Numbered from the whole stretch's first letter, positions 1 through 12,686 are shown. The stretch: DNA of 63,952 nucleotides, filler included, from Choristocarpus tenellus KU-1152 (GCA_964200185.2; 13 parts of 13 records of this genome joined end to end with filler, not necessarily neighbours in it); one strand, 5' to 3'. Numbers and translations: made by a program. The notes: a model not told the origin generated them from the sequence alone.

Positions 1-160
1 CAAAGTATCTAGGGGGGGGGGTCTACACCAGAGTGTCCATTTGGACCAAAACCAGGAAAAGTGCACTTTCAATTATCCATCCAACGTATGGAATCAAATC
101 ACCCAAAAATCGCGACATGAAAAATTGGCCCCAAATAGGCAGCTGCCACCCCCTACATAT
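1..160. mobile_element. MITE family A copy (TIR with poly-G)
   Basis: Starts CAAAGTATCTAGGGGGGGGG. The body (gtccatttggaccaaaa...aaaatcgcgacatgaaaa) matches the copies at 11968, 22464, 22934 and 45596. Confidence 0.85.
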
Positions 161-1647
161 GTTAAGCCTCCATACTCGTGTTACCGATGGTAGACGCCAT
201 TGTCTATCACTTCTACTGCTAGCTTGAGATGTCAGCACACTCTAAGGTATGCTAGGTAGCATGTTAAAGAATGTGCAGGATCCCAGTCTTGATATTGAAA
301 TATGTAGATTGAGTCCTTCTCAGTTATGTTGTAGTAGGCAGAAAGTTGGAGTGAGAAACACCATCCAAGCAGGGGTGGTGGTGGACCTTTCACTCATCCC
401 TAATCACTAATAACTCATCACTCAATATATGTTGCTACGACATTCCTATTCTAGAATTCTTCTTATGATACTACAATATTCTGGATATTGTTCTCTTGGT
501 CACTCAACAGAAATATTACTATCTACTATCCAGTTTTCCAACAGTTATCCAACAGTTATCCAACAACTGATTGTTTCCTTCATAAGTATCTTCCCACATG
601 AATTTTAAGCAAAATCTTGACAAACTCCTCATTGACCACTGGACCTCCCTCACCGCCACTTTTTTGGAGAGATACACAACAAGGGTCAACCTCCTCCTGG
701 TCGACCGACTCCCCCTCCTCCAATTCCCCATCCTCCTCCAGATTCCCGAGCGGGGTCTCACCCTCCTCTCTTCGTCATTGCTTAGACTGATTGGGAGGAG
801 AATTTGATCTGGAACTTGTGGGCATCAGCTTCATCAAATTCTCGTGTTTGACTTGGGTGTTTTAGGGTGATTTCAATTCTTCATTTTCCATTTCGTCCTT
901 ACTTTCGCTTCAAGAGTCTTCGATGCTGTCATTTGAGGAGTCATTGGTCCACTGAATCCCAAAGTTGTCCACGATGCCCTCGCAATTAATTCTTCTCGCC
1001 CTCCTCAATTTCCTTGTTTTCCATTATATTGAATCCTCATCATTCTCGTCTTCCTCCATTTTGAGGATACGAGGGTCGTTGGAGTCGGAAACTAGGAAAG
1101 AGTCTTGGTGAAACTCTCAATCTGATAGGCACTATTGAATATATATCTCTTGGACTTCTGGAACTACAACTTCAAGACTCGTAACTTCCCATCTCATACA
1201 AAAGAAAAAATATATATTTATTTATCTTTGTACTTGTATAAAACAGTATTTAGAGAAGTAGCAAAATAATATACTTCTTTTAAAGGAATGCCTTCGCAAG
1301 GCTTGAATTCCAATGTTCATATTAGGAGGGTGAACAACTCTTTTCATAGATTGTTGTAGTTGGTCGAGCTGGTTACCACCATCCAAATCCACTCTCTCTT
1401 TGATAAGGGTCAAGCATCACCTAAGCGAAGTATTGCCCACCGTGTGGTCTCAGCAACTCATCCGGGAACCACTTTGCAAACGCACCCCTCCCAAGGCATC
1501 TCCCAGGAAGAACCTCACATGAGAGTGATCAATCCCTCGTGAGGGCCTTGACCGCTCATACCTGTGAAATACGATCCACACAAACACATTAGACTTCAAA
1601 GTGAAGTTTTCCCAGATTTTCATTGTACATATCGCGAACATTGAAAC

Positions 1648-4600
1648 ATGCGTTGCCCTCTTCGTCGGGGAGTAGTTGCCGGGGCAACGGTTGTTGCCAC
1701 GATAGGAACCTGCTCAGCCCTAATCTCATCGCCGCGTCTTGGGGGCAATTGGATTGAAAAATATGCTTCACCACGATGGGATATATCAGGTGCGGGATAT
1801 CAAGCACATTGTGCTTGGGGGCTTGCCTGTTGTCCAATAGTATGGTACCTTTTGCTATCTCGGTGCCTTGTATTTTGGGCGTCGTGGTCTATTCACTGCG
1901 TCCTCTTACACTCCAGAGTATACCAGGTAGCCATGAAGGCTGTATGCACTTGGTATCAATACCAGGGGAGTGATCAAAAGGCAAAGGTGATGTGATGAAC
2001 AGAATTGCTCTTTACATTTCCTCTTGTCTGTGCCCCCATGCCGACCTTTTTCCAGCCCCCAACTGCTATCGCCCAGTCGCGGGAACGGATCCTTTATGTA
2101 AAGGGTACTCACGACCTAGTCTTCGATGCTCTATGAAGAAGCCTGGTGATCACAGCTCTGGCAGATCAATGGCGTCGATAAAGGGGTACATGGAGTCTGG
2201 GAAGAAGTGGCTGGTAAATGCCGCCATTGCGGGGACACTTATTGGAGGACTTGCCTTGTCGTCGTTGCCTGGATCGGCGATTGCAACAGATGCAGCCCAA
2301 AGCAAAGAAATCGCGCTTTGTCTCCTCAACTCTTGCCAGAAGGAACTGGCGAGTTGTGTTCTTAACCCAAAGTAAGTGTTGATGGGTGATGGACTGGAGA
2401 CCTCTCACTTGGGTTATTTGTGAAGCCCATCTCAACGCCATTGAACTAAGACCTCAATCAACGGCTCTTGACAAGTTCTTCTAATTCGAGAGCAAGGATA
2501 AGAACGTTCAAGGGTGCTTATCCCTTTCTTCCATGCAACTATGAGGCAATGGGATCGGAGTGTTACCCTTGATTATGAGAGCAATAGAAAGAAAACTGGG
2601 AGTACTGTGATGTGCCTGTTGACTTGAAAGCCTAGGAGGAACCAGTTGGTATTTTTTTGTAGTTTGTGCACAAAGGTGACAAGCAGTGGTTAACCTTTTA
2701 TTTACATTGGGTGGTGCAAACGTAATGTGGGTCCAATAAAAAATTGTCTAACAAAAGCCTAGGAAATATTAACACTGAAGAGAAGGATTTGTAGCAGGGT
2801 ATATTGCTTGGGGTGCACCTGATCACATTGTATCTTGTCGAGGTACATTGGAATATGGCATACATGCACACACACACACACACACTACTAAAAGAAACCA
2901 TACAAAGGTACAATTTAATGCCTAGGTGTAGAGATAAAATTGGTTTGAAAGGTCAGCCAGCTGTTGATCAGCGGAGCTAGGGTGGAGTTTTTTTTCCCAT
3001 GTATGCCATCAATTTCAATGAGGAGATAATAACTCTCATATTGATAGATCACTTCAGATGTGGATCAAAGACAAGTTTGTGAAGGGCTTCACTCTCAACG
3101 TTCAGAGTGGTGTATTGTACATGATGTATGCTTAAAAGGGACAACAAGTACCTTCTTCTGACCTCCTCAAGTCCTGCCTTTGCTGACTACTTCACATTGC
3201 ACAAGACCTTTCCCCACACTTTTGATATGCCTATGCTCCCCAACTCAACATAGATACCCCTTGGTTGTGTACACAATGCCATTTTAAAAACAATTTGAAG
3301 GTGCTTTGCAAACATCATCTGCTTGCAGACATGCAATGGCCGGCCAGATGAGGGCTTCTGCCAGATCCGCTGTGGTGACCTGTTTGAGAATGAGTCTGTG
3401 GGAAAGTTCAATGCCTGCGCTGTGTCTGCGAAGAAATGTGTGAAACAACGCCAGGTGATTTGTTTTATTTTTTTGAACTTTCTCAGTGATAAGATGCCAG
3501 TCCTGCAAGATACCAAGAAAAAGTATTTGTAAGAGGTGAGGTAGAAAACTTGTAGCACCTGGATATGTTATGTACTATATTCACTCAGATGCTTATTCCT
3601 ATACCCCCCACCCACCCCGTTCTGAGTTTGTTGAAGACTATGTGTAGCCCTATTTGCACGCTAAGCTTTTGGGTTTTCAAACTATGTCAATGTCTATATT
3701 GTTGTATAGTGTGTGTATACATATTGCCCATGCATCATTTGTGCTGAAATGACTTTTAGGTGCTGGTGGTTTTATGGTTAGAGATACAGATGATTGGAAG
3801 TAACTTAGAGGGTACGAGTTTTGCCCTGTTTGTCCATTTGGGGCTTGGCTTCCCTTGGGGATTTTTTGTCATTTTTCTACTCCAAAATGTTTCAGAGTAG
3901 GTAAGATGTGTACATTATGAAAAGGTGTGTCCGGAACAAGGATATTGAGACTTCCTAACAACCACGATAGCCAAAATTACATCGAAATCGCAACATTGGA
4001 TTTTGGGATTAAGTGGATGCTGCTCTACCCTAACCCTAAGATATTTGACTCAATAAGTGGTGACGAACTGGTGAGAAATTAGGGGTGAAAGAAACTTCAA
4101 TGTTTTTCATTGGATCAGGGACCTGTCTTTGACCAAAAGTGAGAGCTACAAATGAGCAGCAAAGCATCAGTGAGAAATCGGAAGGTAAACTGAAGTTCAT
4201 GTTCTTTCTACTAGATTTGGGTCCTGTCATTGGTCAAGTCCTTGGCCATGCTTTGACCCTAATTGGGTAGTTCTTTCATTATGACTTCTTCAAGTGAGAT
4301 ATTTTTTTAATAAGACATGATAACATGTATTCCACCTATGTATATTGAGTCAAGTGTGGCGATAAAAAGAACCTGCCTTTTTCTTTCTCATTAAGCTCGA
4401 TGTATTCCAAAATAGACTGTTTTTTTTACATATTATCCATTACTTCCCCATTAACACCTAAACAAGTGATTAATGACTTAACAAATCTAACAAATCTCAA
4501 TTCCTTTGTCGAACAAAAACAACATCAAGAGGTGACCTTGGGAATTGGCTGCTTGTGCACAATACTTTATTATTTTTTTGCTTCATGTTTTATTTTTTTT

Positions 4601-5380
4601 ACAAATTGAGATGAACCATGCCAGTTCACTATTATTTTTAAAATTATTTTTAAAAGAACTTGCGCACACTACTTTTTCGCTTTGTTCTTTTCCAAGTTTT
4701 ATGTAAAGTGTCAGAAGGTGATTAAATAACATCCGTCCCCCCCACGTCGCAACCACCATCCACTTAAGTGTTCTGATATTCCAATTTCCGACCAGTCAAA
4801 ATTTCTTCCACCCCTTTAACTACTTAACAAAAATACCCTATTGATCTACTGCAGGTATGAATTTTGGATGTTTTCCAACACAAAGTGATATGTTCAGAAA
4901 AATGTTTACTTGTCAATATCTCCAGGCATGTCAATAGGAGATTCACGAAGTATTTGTGCAAACACCCTAATGTAGTTTGGACTGCCATGTATATTCTTGC
5001 CATTATGTTGAGTCTGCTCATCCTTGATGCCTTCCTTTTGTCACGCCTTGTGAACTGAGCACATTTTTACTTTCTCATTAACAAGTACTCCGGACAATAA
5101 GCAAATAATAGTCTACTCTTCACGTGAAAATGCCCCCCCCCTCCTATGCCTGTACATTCATCTTGCTTGAAGCCTGCATATATGCAGCTGTGCAACTACA
5201 GCTTGCCCTCTTCCCATGTCCTCCTATGGTGAACAAGTCAAGCATACGAGAGTGCAGTGAAACATGTACATCCTTGCACCTCCCCCATCACACCACCCTC
5301 CAACCTGCCCCTGTCTCCCCCCCTCCCCCCCCTGTAGTATTCTTAACCTTGGCCCCCCACCCCCGCCTTGCAGGATGATG
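1648..5380 (+). CDS. VDE: Violaxanthin de-epoxidase, 5' part (exons 1648-1789, 2056-2371, 3301-3454, 5374->gap)
   Basis: GT-AG junctions join in phase (1,2,0). Translation gives a signal-peptide-like start [24 protein letters not shown], a hydrophobic lumen-targeting-like stretch ([22 protein letters not shown]), then the VDE Cys-rich domain [65 protein letters not shown]. Exon 4 (DD...) is cut by the linker. Confidence 0.92.
3792..4051. mobile_element. MITE family B copy (~260 bp) in VDE intron 3
   Basis: Ends resemble AAGTATCTTAGAGGGTA...TACCCTCTAAGATACTTT. The body matches the copies at 23570, 46563 and 47984. Confidence 0.85.
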
Positions 5381-5480
5381 NNNNNNNNNNNNNNNNNNNN
5401 NNNNNNNNNNNNNNNNNNNNNNNNTTAATTAATTAANNNNNNNNNNNNNNNNNNNNNNNNNNNNNNNNNNNNNNNNNNNN
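5381..5480. other. Artificial contig linker N44-TTAATTAATTAA-N44 (also 12132, 14834, 17866, 20979, 24175, 30294, 36678, 45731, 50035, 52727, 61019; each 100 nt)
   Basis: An identical 100-nt pattern occurs 12 times. The 12-mer has stops in all six frames, and genes end at the linkers without continuing beyond them. Confidence 0.97.
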
Positions 5481-6268
5481 GGCACACGGGAAGAAGTAGG
5501 CGCCTTAGGTGTCGGTCGTGGTGGCTTCCGTATCACGGGCTGTGGGGTCGGCTGGGGTCTCATTGAAACTTTCGACTTTAAAGGGGTGGCATTTGAGGCC
5601 GGCAATCTCTGAGAGTTGGACTGAATGACGGCGGGACGGGTATCTGGCAACGGAGCAGCACCTCGAGCAAGGGTCTTTCCTGCCGAGGATTTGCTACCAG
5701 GGGGAGGGGGCAACATAATATTATCGGGGAGGTTGCTACTCAACACCACAGATGGCTGGGTTACTCCAAGAAAAGGCTGGGCTGCTCCAACCTGTAATGG
5801 ATCAACAATTCGTAAGGGAACAGGCGAGATGGAAGTATCAAGGCGCACGCCACATTCAGAAATCGCAACATCAGCCAAAAAAATTACGAATGTGGGTATC
5901 GGTTCTCCTTAGTGCGCTGTCGGCAGGGGTGGCAGGAGTCACCTCGCCCTCTTGGTGTTTGTTCTCCCCGTTCTCTTGTTGGTCCCGCCTGAGTACAGGC
6001 CCTTCCCCAGGTCTACTGACTTTTGCCTCTCCATTTCCTCCGACGGCAATGTTTCCATCCGAATCTATAGCATCGCCTCCTCCATTTCCATTGTTGGCAC
6101 TAGTCGAGCCCCCTATGTTTGAACTTCGCCTCAAACCTGGTCCCGCATTTGATAACTTCCCCTTGGTCGTCCCATTCAACGACTTGCTCCTCTTAGTTGA
6201 GACCGCTACTGCTTCTCCCTCATCGGAAGACTCCCTACCACGCTTCTTTGCGACTTTAGGCGCCATGC
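5481..6268 (-). CDS. Low-complexity basic/Pro-rich ORF with NLS-like N-terminus, one frameshift, truncated by linker
   Basis: MAPKVAKKRGRESSDEGE... (ORF 5871-6449) joins ORF 5429-5878 if the T7 run at 5877-5883 is read as T6. No recognisable domain. Confidence 0.35.
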
Positions 6269-6492
6269 CCGGTCGAGAGCAGCAATCACTACAACTTTGA
6301 TACACCCAATTTACATCGCACCCTGAAATTTTAGGGGAGGGGGAACAAGGGCAGATTCTAGTCGCACGACATCGTTCTAGGGATGGTATAACCTGCTCGC
6401 GGTATAATCCTAGGGGCCTCATTTTAGCATACCGATATTCTATTAACACATAATAGAAAAATATCTTTCGCGTTTACCACAACTGTTACTTT

Positions 6493-8437
6493 ACATGGAA
6501 ACCTCCCAAGTCCTACACCCAGTCCAGTCTACCTTTGGACCCTAGGGCGTCTCCTCCCGAAGTTATCTGGATGACACATACATTTCTATAAGGGAGATCA
6601 ACCACAATACGATAGCTGCTTTCGAGCAGCTAAGAACTGATCTACACGAGGTAGGTATTAACCTCAACATAGACAAGACCTTTGCTAGGTACCAACCCAC
6701 ACCCTCAGAACTGGAACTTCTCGCTACAGCGGGGATCAACCTGGCCAAGAACCCAAATAGTTTTGTTACATTGGGAGCTCCAGTGGGAACAAATTGATTC
6801 ACCCAAGCCTACATGGCTGAGATGATCAAGAACTCTGCGTCACGAACACTGACCACACACCTCAGTGAGATGGGGGACAAACAGGTTGCCTGCCTCATCA
6901 ACTCCTAGTCCCTCTCCTCCCGCTTAGGCTATTTATTGGCAAGGGTCACTCCCCCCACCTGGAACGATCCGCCATGGAGCAAGCAGACAATAACTCGCTG
7001 TGGGCGCTAGAGAAGATAATGGAGGTAGCAGACTTGGCGGGGACCTGACTTCTTTAAAGGGGGGTGTCACAATGGGTCTCTCCACCTGTAGACATACCAA
7101 CAAGTGCAAGTACAGATGCCCACAAGCTTGGGGGGGTTCGGCCTATCCTCTATGAAGCATCGCCAGCATGCAGCCTTCGTAGGATCACTGGTAGCTACTC
7201 TCCCCACCCTTTTTTGCAAGGCAACAAGGGCCTCATGGAGAGTCTTTCTCACAAGCCATCTGTACGAGCCCGAAAGTAAGGGCCTTGGGATCATCCATCC
7301 ACACCCTCCTCTCTACAGGAGTCCCTTGAGAAGACTTCGTGGAAATTATTGGCCTAGGCTGGGTAGTCTGGGGGGGAACAACAACCCCCACACCTGCCCC
7401 AGAGGTCCATACTCTGGCAGCCCATGATGCCAGGATCACAAGGAGAGCAAACACGAGATCACACGCCTCCTAAAAATGATCCGCTTCGACTCTTTCCAGA
7501 GGTAATTGACCGTCTTACCTGACGAAGCGGATCAAGGGAAGGAAAGTTCCTTTCTAGCCCTGGCCTGCCACTGGAGTCAGTGTGGACAAGGAGAAAATGC
7601 ATGGGCCTCCACACAACCCCTGGAACCAGCATGCCAGATCCCTCCCATAGAGTTTAGACTCACTGGCAGCATATCCCGAGGGAGGGAGGAGGCCCTATCG
7701 AACAGGTGCCCAGAGGCTGGGTGCAGGAGGAAAAATGTAGACACCAGACAAGCACGTACCTGCCCCAGGGCAGGAGGACAGGTTCATCAACACACACTGA
7801 TGGGGAAGCGTCTAGGTCAACTCTGCAACGGAATGGGCATCCCTTGCAGTATGGAGGACGGCAGCCCATTCACAGTGGACAGGAATTTCCGCATGGATCT
7901 GGTCTTCAATGTTAGTGCACTTGCGGACGTCGGATCAGCTCCCTACTGGGAGGCCCCCTTCTAGATGTTACGTTTGCAGAAGTGCCAGCAGTATCCCACT
8001 TACCTCACTCATACACCAGCAATGGCGTAGCTGCTGCTGCAGCTGAGGCGTGAAAGTGCACCCACCACGAGGACTCTTTTGTCCCCCGTAGTTATAACCT
8101 CAACACCTTCGTCGTGGAAATTTTTGGGTGCCTAGGTAAGCAATCAGGTTGTTTTCTGGCTGAGTTAGCTACGCACGCGATAGGGGGGAGAGGGCAACTA
8201 CAGCAGGAAAGGGGCCATTAAATCCCATCTACGACAGGTAGGGTCTGTCATAATACAAGTAGCTCTATCTAGACGTGTGTTGCGTTTTAAGCTGGAGACA
8301 CCAGGGAGATGGGCAAGGAGGAGCTTGTTAGATTCCTGGGATGCTTCCCTACCTCCTCATCCTGGTGTGCAGGACTAAGCAAGGTTGGAGGCACAGGAGG
8401 GCAGTGGTGTAGCATAGCTGATAGGAAAATAGCAAAT
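6493..8437 (+). mobile_element. 5'-truncated, decayed non-LTR retrotransposon with restriction-like endonuclease (CRE-like)
   Basis: RT motif YLDDTY at ~6564, LGAPVG, LGGFGL, a C-x-C/H finger (CPEAGC...TCPRAGGQVHQH) and endonuclease-like RMDLV...DVT...FVVEIFGCLG. Many stops and frameshifts. Confidence 0.8.
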
Positions 8438-8677
8438 GATAGAAAAAAAATCTTCCACATTTACGACAACTGTTACTTTTTTAGGGGTTGTTCTGACATT
8501 TTAATGGTTTTTCATTGGTTTCCCCCCTGACACATCTTCAAAAAGTGAGAGGGCATAATAATATAAATAAAATGTATTCAATGAAAAGCCTGTTCGATAT
8601 CATAAGAACTCCAGTAAAAGTAACCGTTTTCCTAAATGTGAAATATATTTTTTTATCTATTTACTCTTTGAATACCG

Positions 8678-8890
8678 TCTGTGCTACACCACTCTCCTCC
8701 TATTCCTCTAGCCCTACACCACAGGGCAAGGAGCTAGGAAGCATCCCAAGAATCTGACAGGCCCCTCCTTGCCCATCTCCCTGATGCCTCCAGCTTAAAA
8801 CGCATGACACGTCCAGATAGAGCCACTTGTGTTGTGACAGACGCTCTCTATCGCAAAATGGATTTGACAGCTCATTTCCTCCTGTAGCCT
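8678..8890 (-). mobile_element. Short 3'-end fragment of the same CRE-like family, inverted
   Basis: Reverse complement of ~8200-8416 (gcgttttaagctggag, ggagatgggcaaggag, gggatgcttcc, agtggtgtagca). A third, shorter piece lies at ~9280-9400. Confidence 0.75.
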
Positions 8891-9031
8891 CCTACCCTTC
8901 ATATATATATAATATATGTATATATGTACACCGAACCTACTTATAATAAAAAATATTATTATGCACTCTATCATTTTTCAGATGTGTCAATTCAATATCG
9001 TATATACCTATAAAAGTAATAGTTGTCGCAA

Positions 9032-9231
9032 GGTCATCTCTTATGCGGGAGGAACCTTGCCCAAGAAAACAATTCAGTCTTATTTTTGAGGAAGAAAATC
9101 GACCACAACAAAATTTGTGCGATAGTGTAGTTTCGTTCCTTTTGTCTCCCTTTTTTTGTGGTTGATCTTCTTCCTAAAAGTAAGATTGATATGTTTTCTG
9201 GAGCAAGATTGTTCCCGCATAAGAGATGGGC
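9032..9231. mobile_element. 200-bp fold-back MITE with ~80-bp imperfect TIRs
   Basis: catctcttatgcggga (9035) pairs with tcccgcataagagatg (9213-9228) and pairing extends ~80 bp. Flanked by caa/taa, a probable TAA target-site duplication. Confidence 0.8.
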
Positions 9232-9639
9232 TAAATGTGAAAGATATCTCTCCAAAATCTATTCATTATTTAACTACCAGCTAGACTACACCACTCCCAT
9301 AAAAACTCGTAATTACAACGTGATTTGTATACTGCTGCTATGCCTTCATCCTAGCTTAGCCCTACACAACTAGGCGAGGAGCTAGGGAAGCATCCTATAG
9401 AAGTAATTTATAGTCAGGATAGTCGGGATCCCCTAATACCTCTCATTCCTGAATCAATTACAGAAATTATTCATGTATATCAAACGACGAAGAGTCAGCA
9501 GTACAGTAGTCATGTGGTTTCCGTTTCCTATACTCCACACCAGTAGTCATGGACATGATGTGCACTCTCAACATGCTCTGAAGGAATTCGACCGGGAAAT
9601 TTCTTTACCTCTGTTCTCGAGTTTTAATCTCTTAAGGAT

Positions 9640-10800
9640 TTTTTTTTGTGATTCCGTAGACCATAATCTCCAGCGGGTGTTTGTCAAGTTCCAAGTGCCT
9701 GAGAAGATGATCTCGGTTATCTTCCACTTCTATGTTGGATGCGGCCATACATCAGCGTGGATGATGTAGGATGTTCAGACTGGTTTGTGGCCGGGCAAGG
9801 ACCTCATTAAGGGCACGCTCCTTCCCGCACACATCCTCTCCACTGTATTCCCAAGCAGATCGATCAAGGAAATATCAATATCGCTGACCCTGTCATCGGG
9901 GGACCTTGCTGTCATCGTGGGACCTGCGAGAAACAACTAGGTTAGAGGAGGAGGAATGGCAGGGAGTGAGGCAATACTTTAGCTGTGCCTGTGGGGTATG
10001 ATCTATGCCGAGGATGTGGGTATTGTGCCTCAGAGTCTGTCCAGGATTATTGTGATTTGGGCTGGCTACATCTGAATTGAAGACAAAAACAACCAAGTGC
10101 CTTTGACCTCCCAGCAAGGCTGCAGACATTATGCAGATAGATCCGGACTTCAAGCCAGAGTTACAAGCAGACTGCCAGGTTTGTTAACCTTGGAGCACTA
10201 CCAGTGGTGAACCTGATACCAATGCTGAAATTAGCGGTTGATTTATGCAGTTCTGGGACTGTTTCTGGAAGTAGAGCCAAGTGCTTCATGCCAGAAACAC
10301 AGGCGTATCACTTAACATCAGATCCGAATGCTCAAGGCTAAAGTATTTGGGATCTTGATGTATGGTTGTGTGACATGGACACTTTGCCAGATCCATGATG
10401 TTAAGCTTCGTTTGAGAGGACTGAACGAAAGCAGAGACTCCTGTTCGCAGGGTCGTCAGTTGCATGCATGGGGGATGATCGATTACCAAAGGTGATGGAT
10501 TTTGGAGAAGTTGCCGAGGGAAAGCGGAAGCAAGTGGGACAGGAGAATAACTTGTGGATGTGCCTGGAAGACAAACTTGAGAATTGAAACTGCAGTGGAG
10601 TGATGGAATATGATGGCAACAAACCAACACAAATGGTATGAGTGTGTGCTTGATGGAATAAAATGCTTTAAATGTCATTTGCCATGCCAGAGAAGCTGTG
10701 ATACCTGACACGAGTCATGCTAAAGCAGCAACTAAGCCAGTCCAAGCAGGTCAGGACACATACGCACTCACCCATTGCCTGCTGATTTATTTCTCGTTGT
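9640..10800 (+). mobile_element. Decayed RTE-like LINE reverse transcriptase
   Basis: Remnant motifs DSVD...FQVPEKMISVI, WGMIYAEDVGIV (degenerate YADD) and IRMLKAKVFGILMYGCVTWT, with stops and frameshifts. Confidence 0.75.
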
Positions 10801-11199
10801 CTCTTTCCTTTGGGTTGACTTTCTTGTGTTTTTTTTTTCTCTCTACAGTATGGGCTGAGCGGAGTTTCGGATTTAATGGACCGGATGTGGCACTCATTTT
10901 TTCCCTCACGCTTTTCCATAGGAGATGATGGTGATGTTGATAATGTTCATGCTGTCCTGTTTGACCTATTTTGGGTGGTAGTGCGTTTTTCCTTTTTTAA
11001 AATTTTCTACCCTTCTTACCTACAACAGTTTTTTTCTCTTTCTTTTTCTTTCCTTTTGTTATTTTTGTTGTTGTCAAGTGTTTATGTACTATTATTAAGT
11101 ATAGAATTTTGTATTTTCCTCTTACTTAGGGAATATGGAGTTGATTTTAAACCAAAGATTTGAGATAGTACATGGTATTACCTACAAGAAGGAAGGGTT

Positions 11200-11920
11200 C
11201 TGCAAGTGCACCGTTTGTTTTATTGGGGGCGACACGATTAGAGCAGCCTCATGCACACCCCACTTGCTAGAAAAACCCGCTGCGGAAATGTTGCCATCCC
11301 CTACGCTCAACGTACTTCCAGAATGGTGTTGTGCAAGCGACCAACTCAAAACAAGTTGCTTGGAAGCACGGGAGGGGCAGGTAGGAGTATGGCGGCAGCA
11401 ACTCACAGACCCCCAAATCGTCAAGGAGGTATTGAATGTATCTGGCCAATATCTCAAACAGGTGAGGGCAACCACCGTTCAGAAGTTTCTTTACACCTAC
11501 GACCACATACACCAGGAGATGAAATGTATTTGCTGATGAAAATGGATTGTACTAACAACTGAAGGGGTTCAATGTAGAGCGGAGAAAACAAAGTACCTCT
11601 CAAGACATCAAACATAGATCGGGTGGACTGTTGAGAGAGGAAGGGCCCATTTTGGAATGGTTGGGGCAACACATTGAGGTGCTCCTCAATGATAAGTGAG
11701 GGCCGTGCCACCAGAGATCCACCTGCATGGCACTTCCTGATAAATCAACAAAGTTGGTGGTAGAAGTGGTCCATGCCAATTACCGGAAGGTGTATGCATG
11801 GGATGCTGGAGAACATATGGACTGGTTTGAGATCAGAAAAGGAGGTCATCGTCAAGTATGTGTTCTTGCCCCCATATTCTTCATATAATCGGCAGCACTA
11901 ACCATAGCGGTTAAAGAAGT
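11200..11920 (+). mobile_element. Second decayed LINE fragment (linker region plus RT start)
   Basis: PEWCCASDQ...GQYLKQVRATTVQKF and DAGEHMDWFEI...RQVCVLAPIFF resemble LINE ORF2 segments (QGCVLAP motif). Confidence 0.5.
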
Positions 11921-11967
11921 TTAGTCTGTCCAGACTCAGATAGATGTCTTCAGGGACCCTGCGATCA

Positions 11968-12131
11968 GGCTCAAAGTATCTGGGGGGGGTGGCGGCTGTC
12001 CATTTGGAATCAATTTTTTCATGTCGTAATTTTTGGGTGATTTGGTTGCGTACGTCTGATGGATAATGTAAACGCACTTTTCCTGATTTTTCCCCAAAAT
12101 GGACACCCTGGTGTAGACCCCCCCCCCCCTC
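11968..12131. mobile_element. MITE family A copy, cut by linker
   Basis: ggctcaaagtatctggggggggg TIR plus family A body. Confidence 0.85.
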
Positions 12132-12418
12132 NNNNNNNNNNNNNNNNNNNNNNNNNNNNNNNNNNNNNNNNNNNNTTAATTAATTAANNNNNNNNNNNNN
12201 NNNNNNNNNNNNNNNNNNNNNNNNNNNNNNNGTGGAGGAGTGAGGGGTGGTGGGGGGGGGGGGGGGGGGCGGTAGGCGTACACTACATCCAAAAAATCAC
12301 CCTGTGATGTACAAGGATGGAAATATCATCCATCCACCATCCCCATCAGACGGCACCGAGGATAGAACAGACATCTTCCAGACATCTCTTGCACCACATG
12401 CACATCAAAGTGAAGCGG

Positions 12419-12686
12419 GACTCAAAGCATTTAAGAGGGTAGGGCAGCTGCGTCCGTTCGGGTTCATAAATGCGATATTGCGATTTTGATGCAACTTTGG
12501 CTGTCGTGTTCGTTGGCGAGTGTCAATACCCTTGCTCCGGAGACACCTTTTCATAGTCCTATACATTTTAGGTAATAACTGTGTTCACACAGAAAACCGA
12601 AAAAGGGCATAGAAAAATCCTTGGGAAGCCAAGTCCCAAACGGGACAAACAGGGCAAGACCCCTACCCTCTTAAATGCTCTAGGTC
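12419..12686. mobile_element. MITE family B variant (B2)
   Basis: TIRs caaagcatttaagagggtag / ctaccctcttaaatgctct. Body homologous to family B and to 22276-22755. Confidence 0.75.

Larger units (their letters stand above)
8449..9247. repeat. Family C element with long imperfect inverted ends; CCCCCCTGACACATCT...GAGGGCATAATAAT motif also at 14934-14975 and 35990-36289
   Basis: Left end atcttccacatttacgacaactgttacttt...tgacacatct...gagggcataataat is mirrored by attattatgcactct...agatgtgtca...aaagtaatagttgtcg[MITE]taaatgtgaaagatat. Confidence 0.6.

Noticed and set aside
500-1120. Purine-rich minus-strand coding remnant upstream of VDE
   Set aside because: Stops in all frames and no identifiable motif.
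5425-5436. Recurrent TTAATTAATTAA palindrome as a biological repeat or CRISPR-like array
   Set aside because: It is always centred in 44+44 N and encodes stops in six frames, so it is an artificial join.
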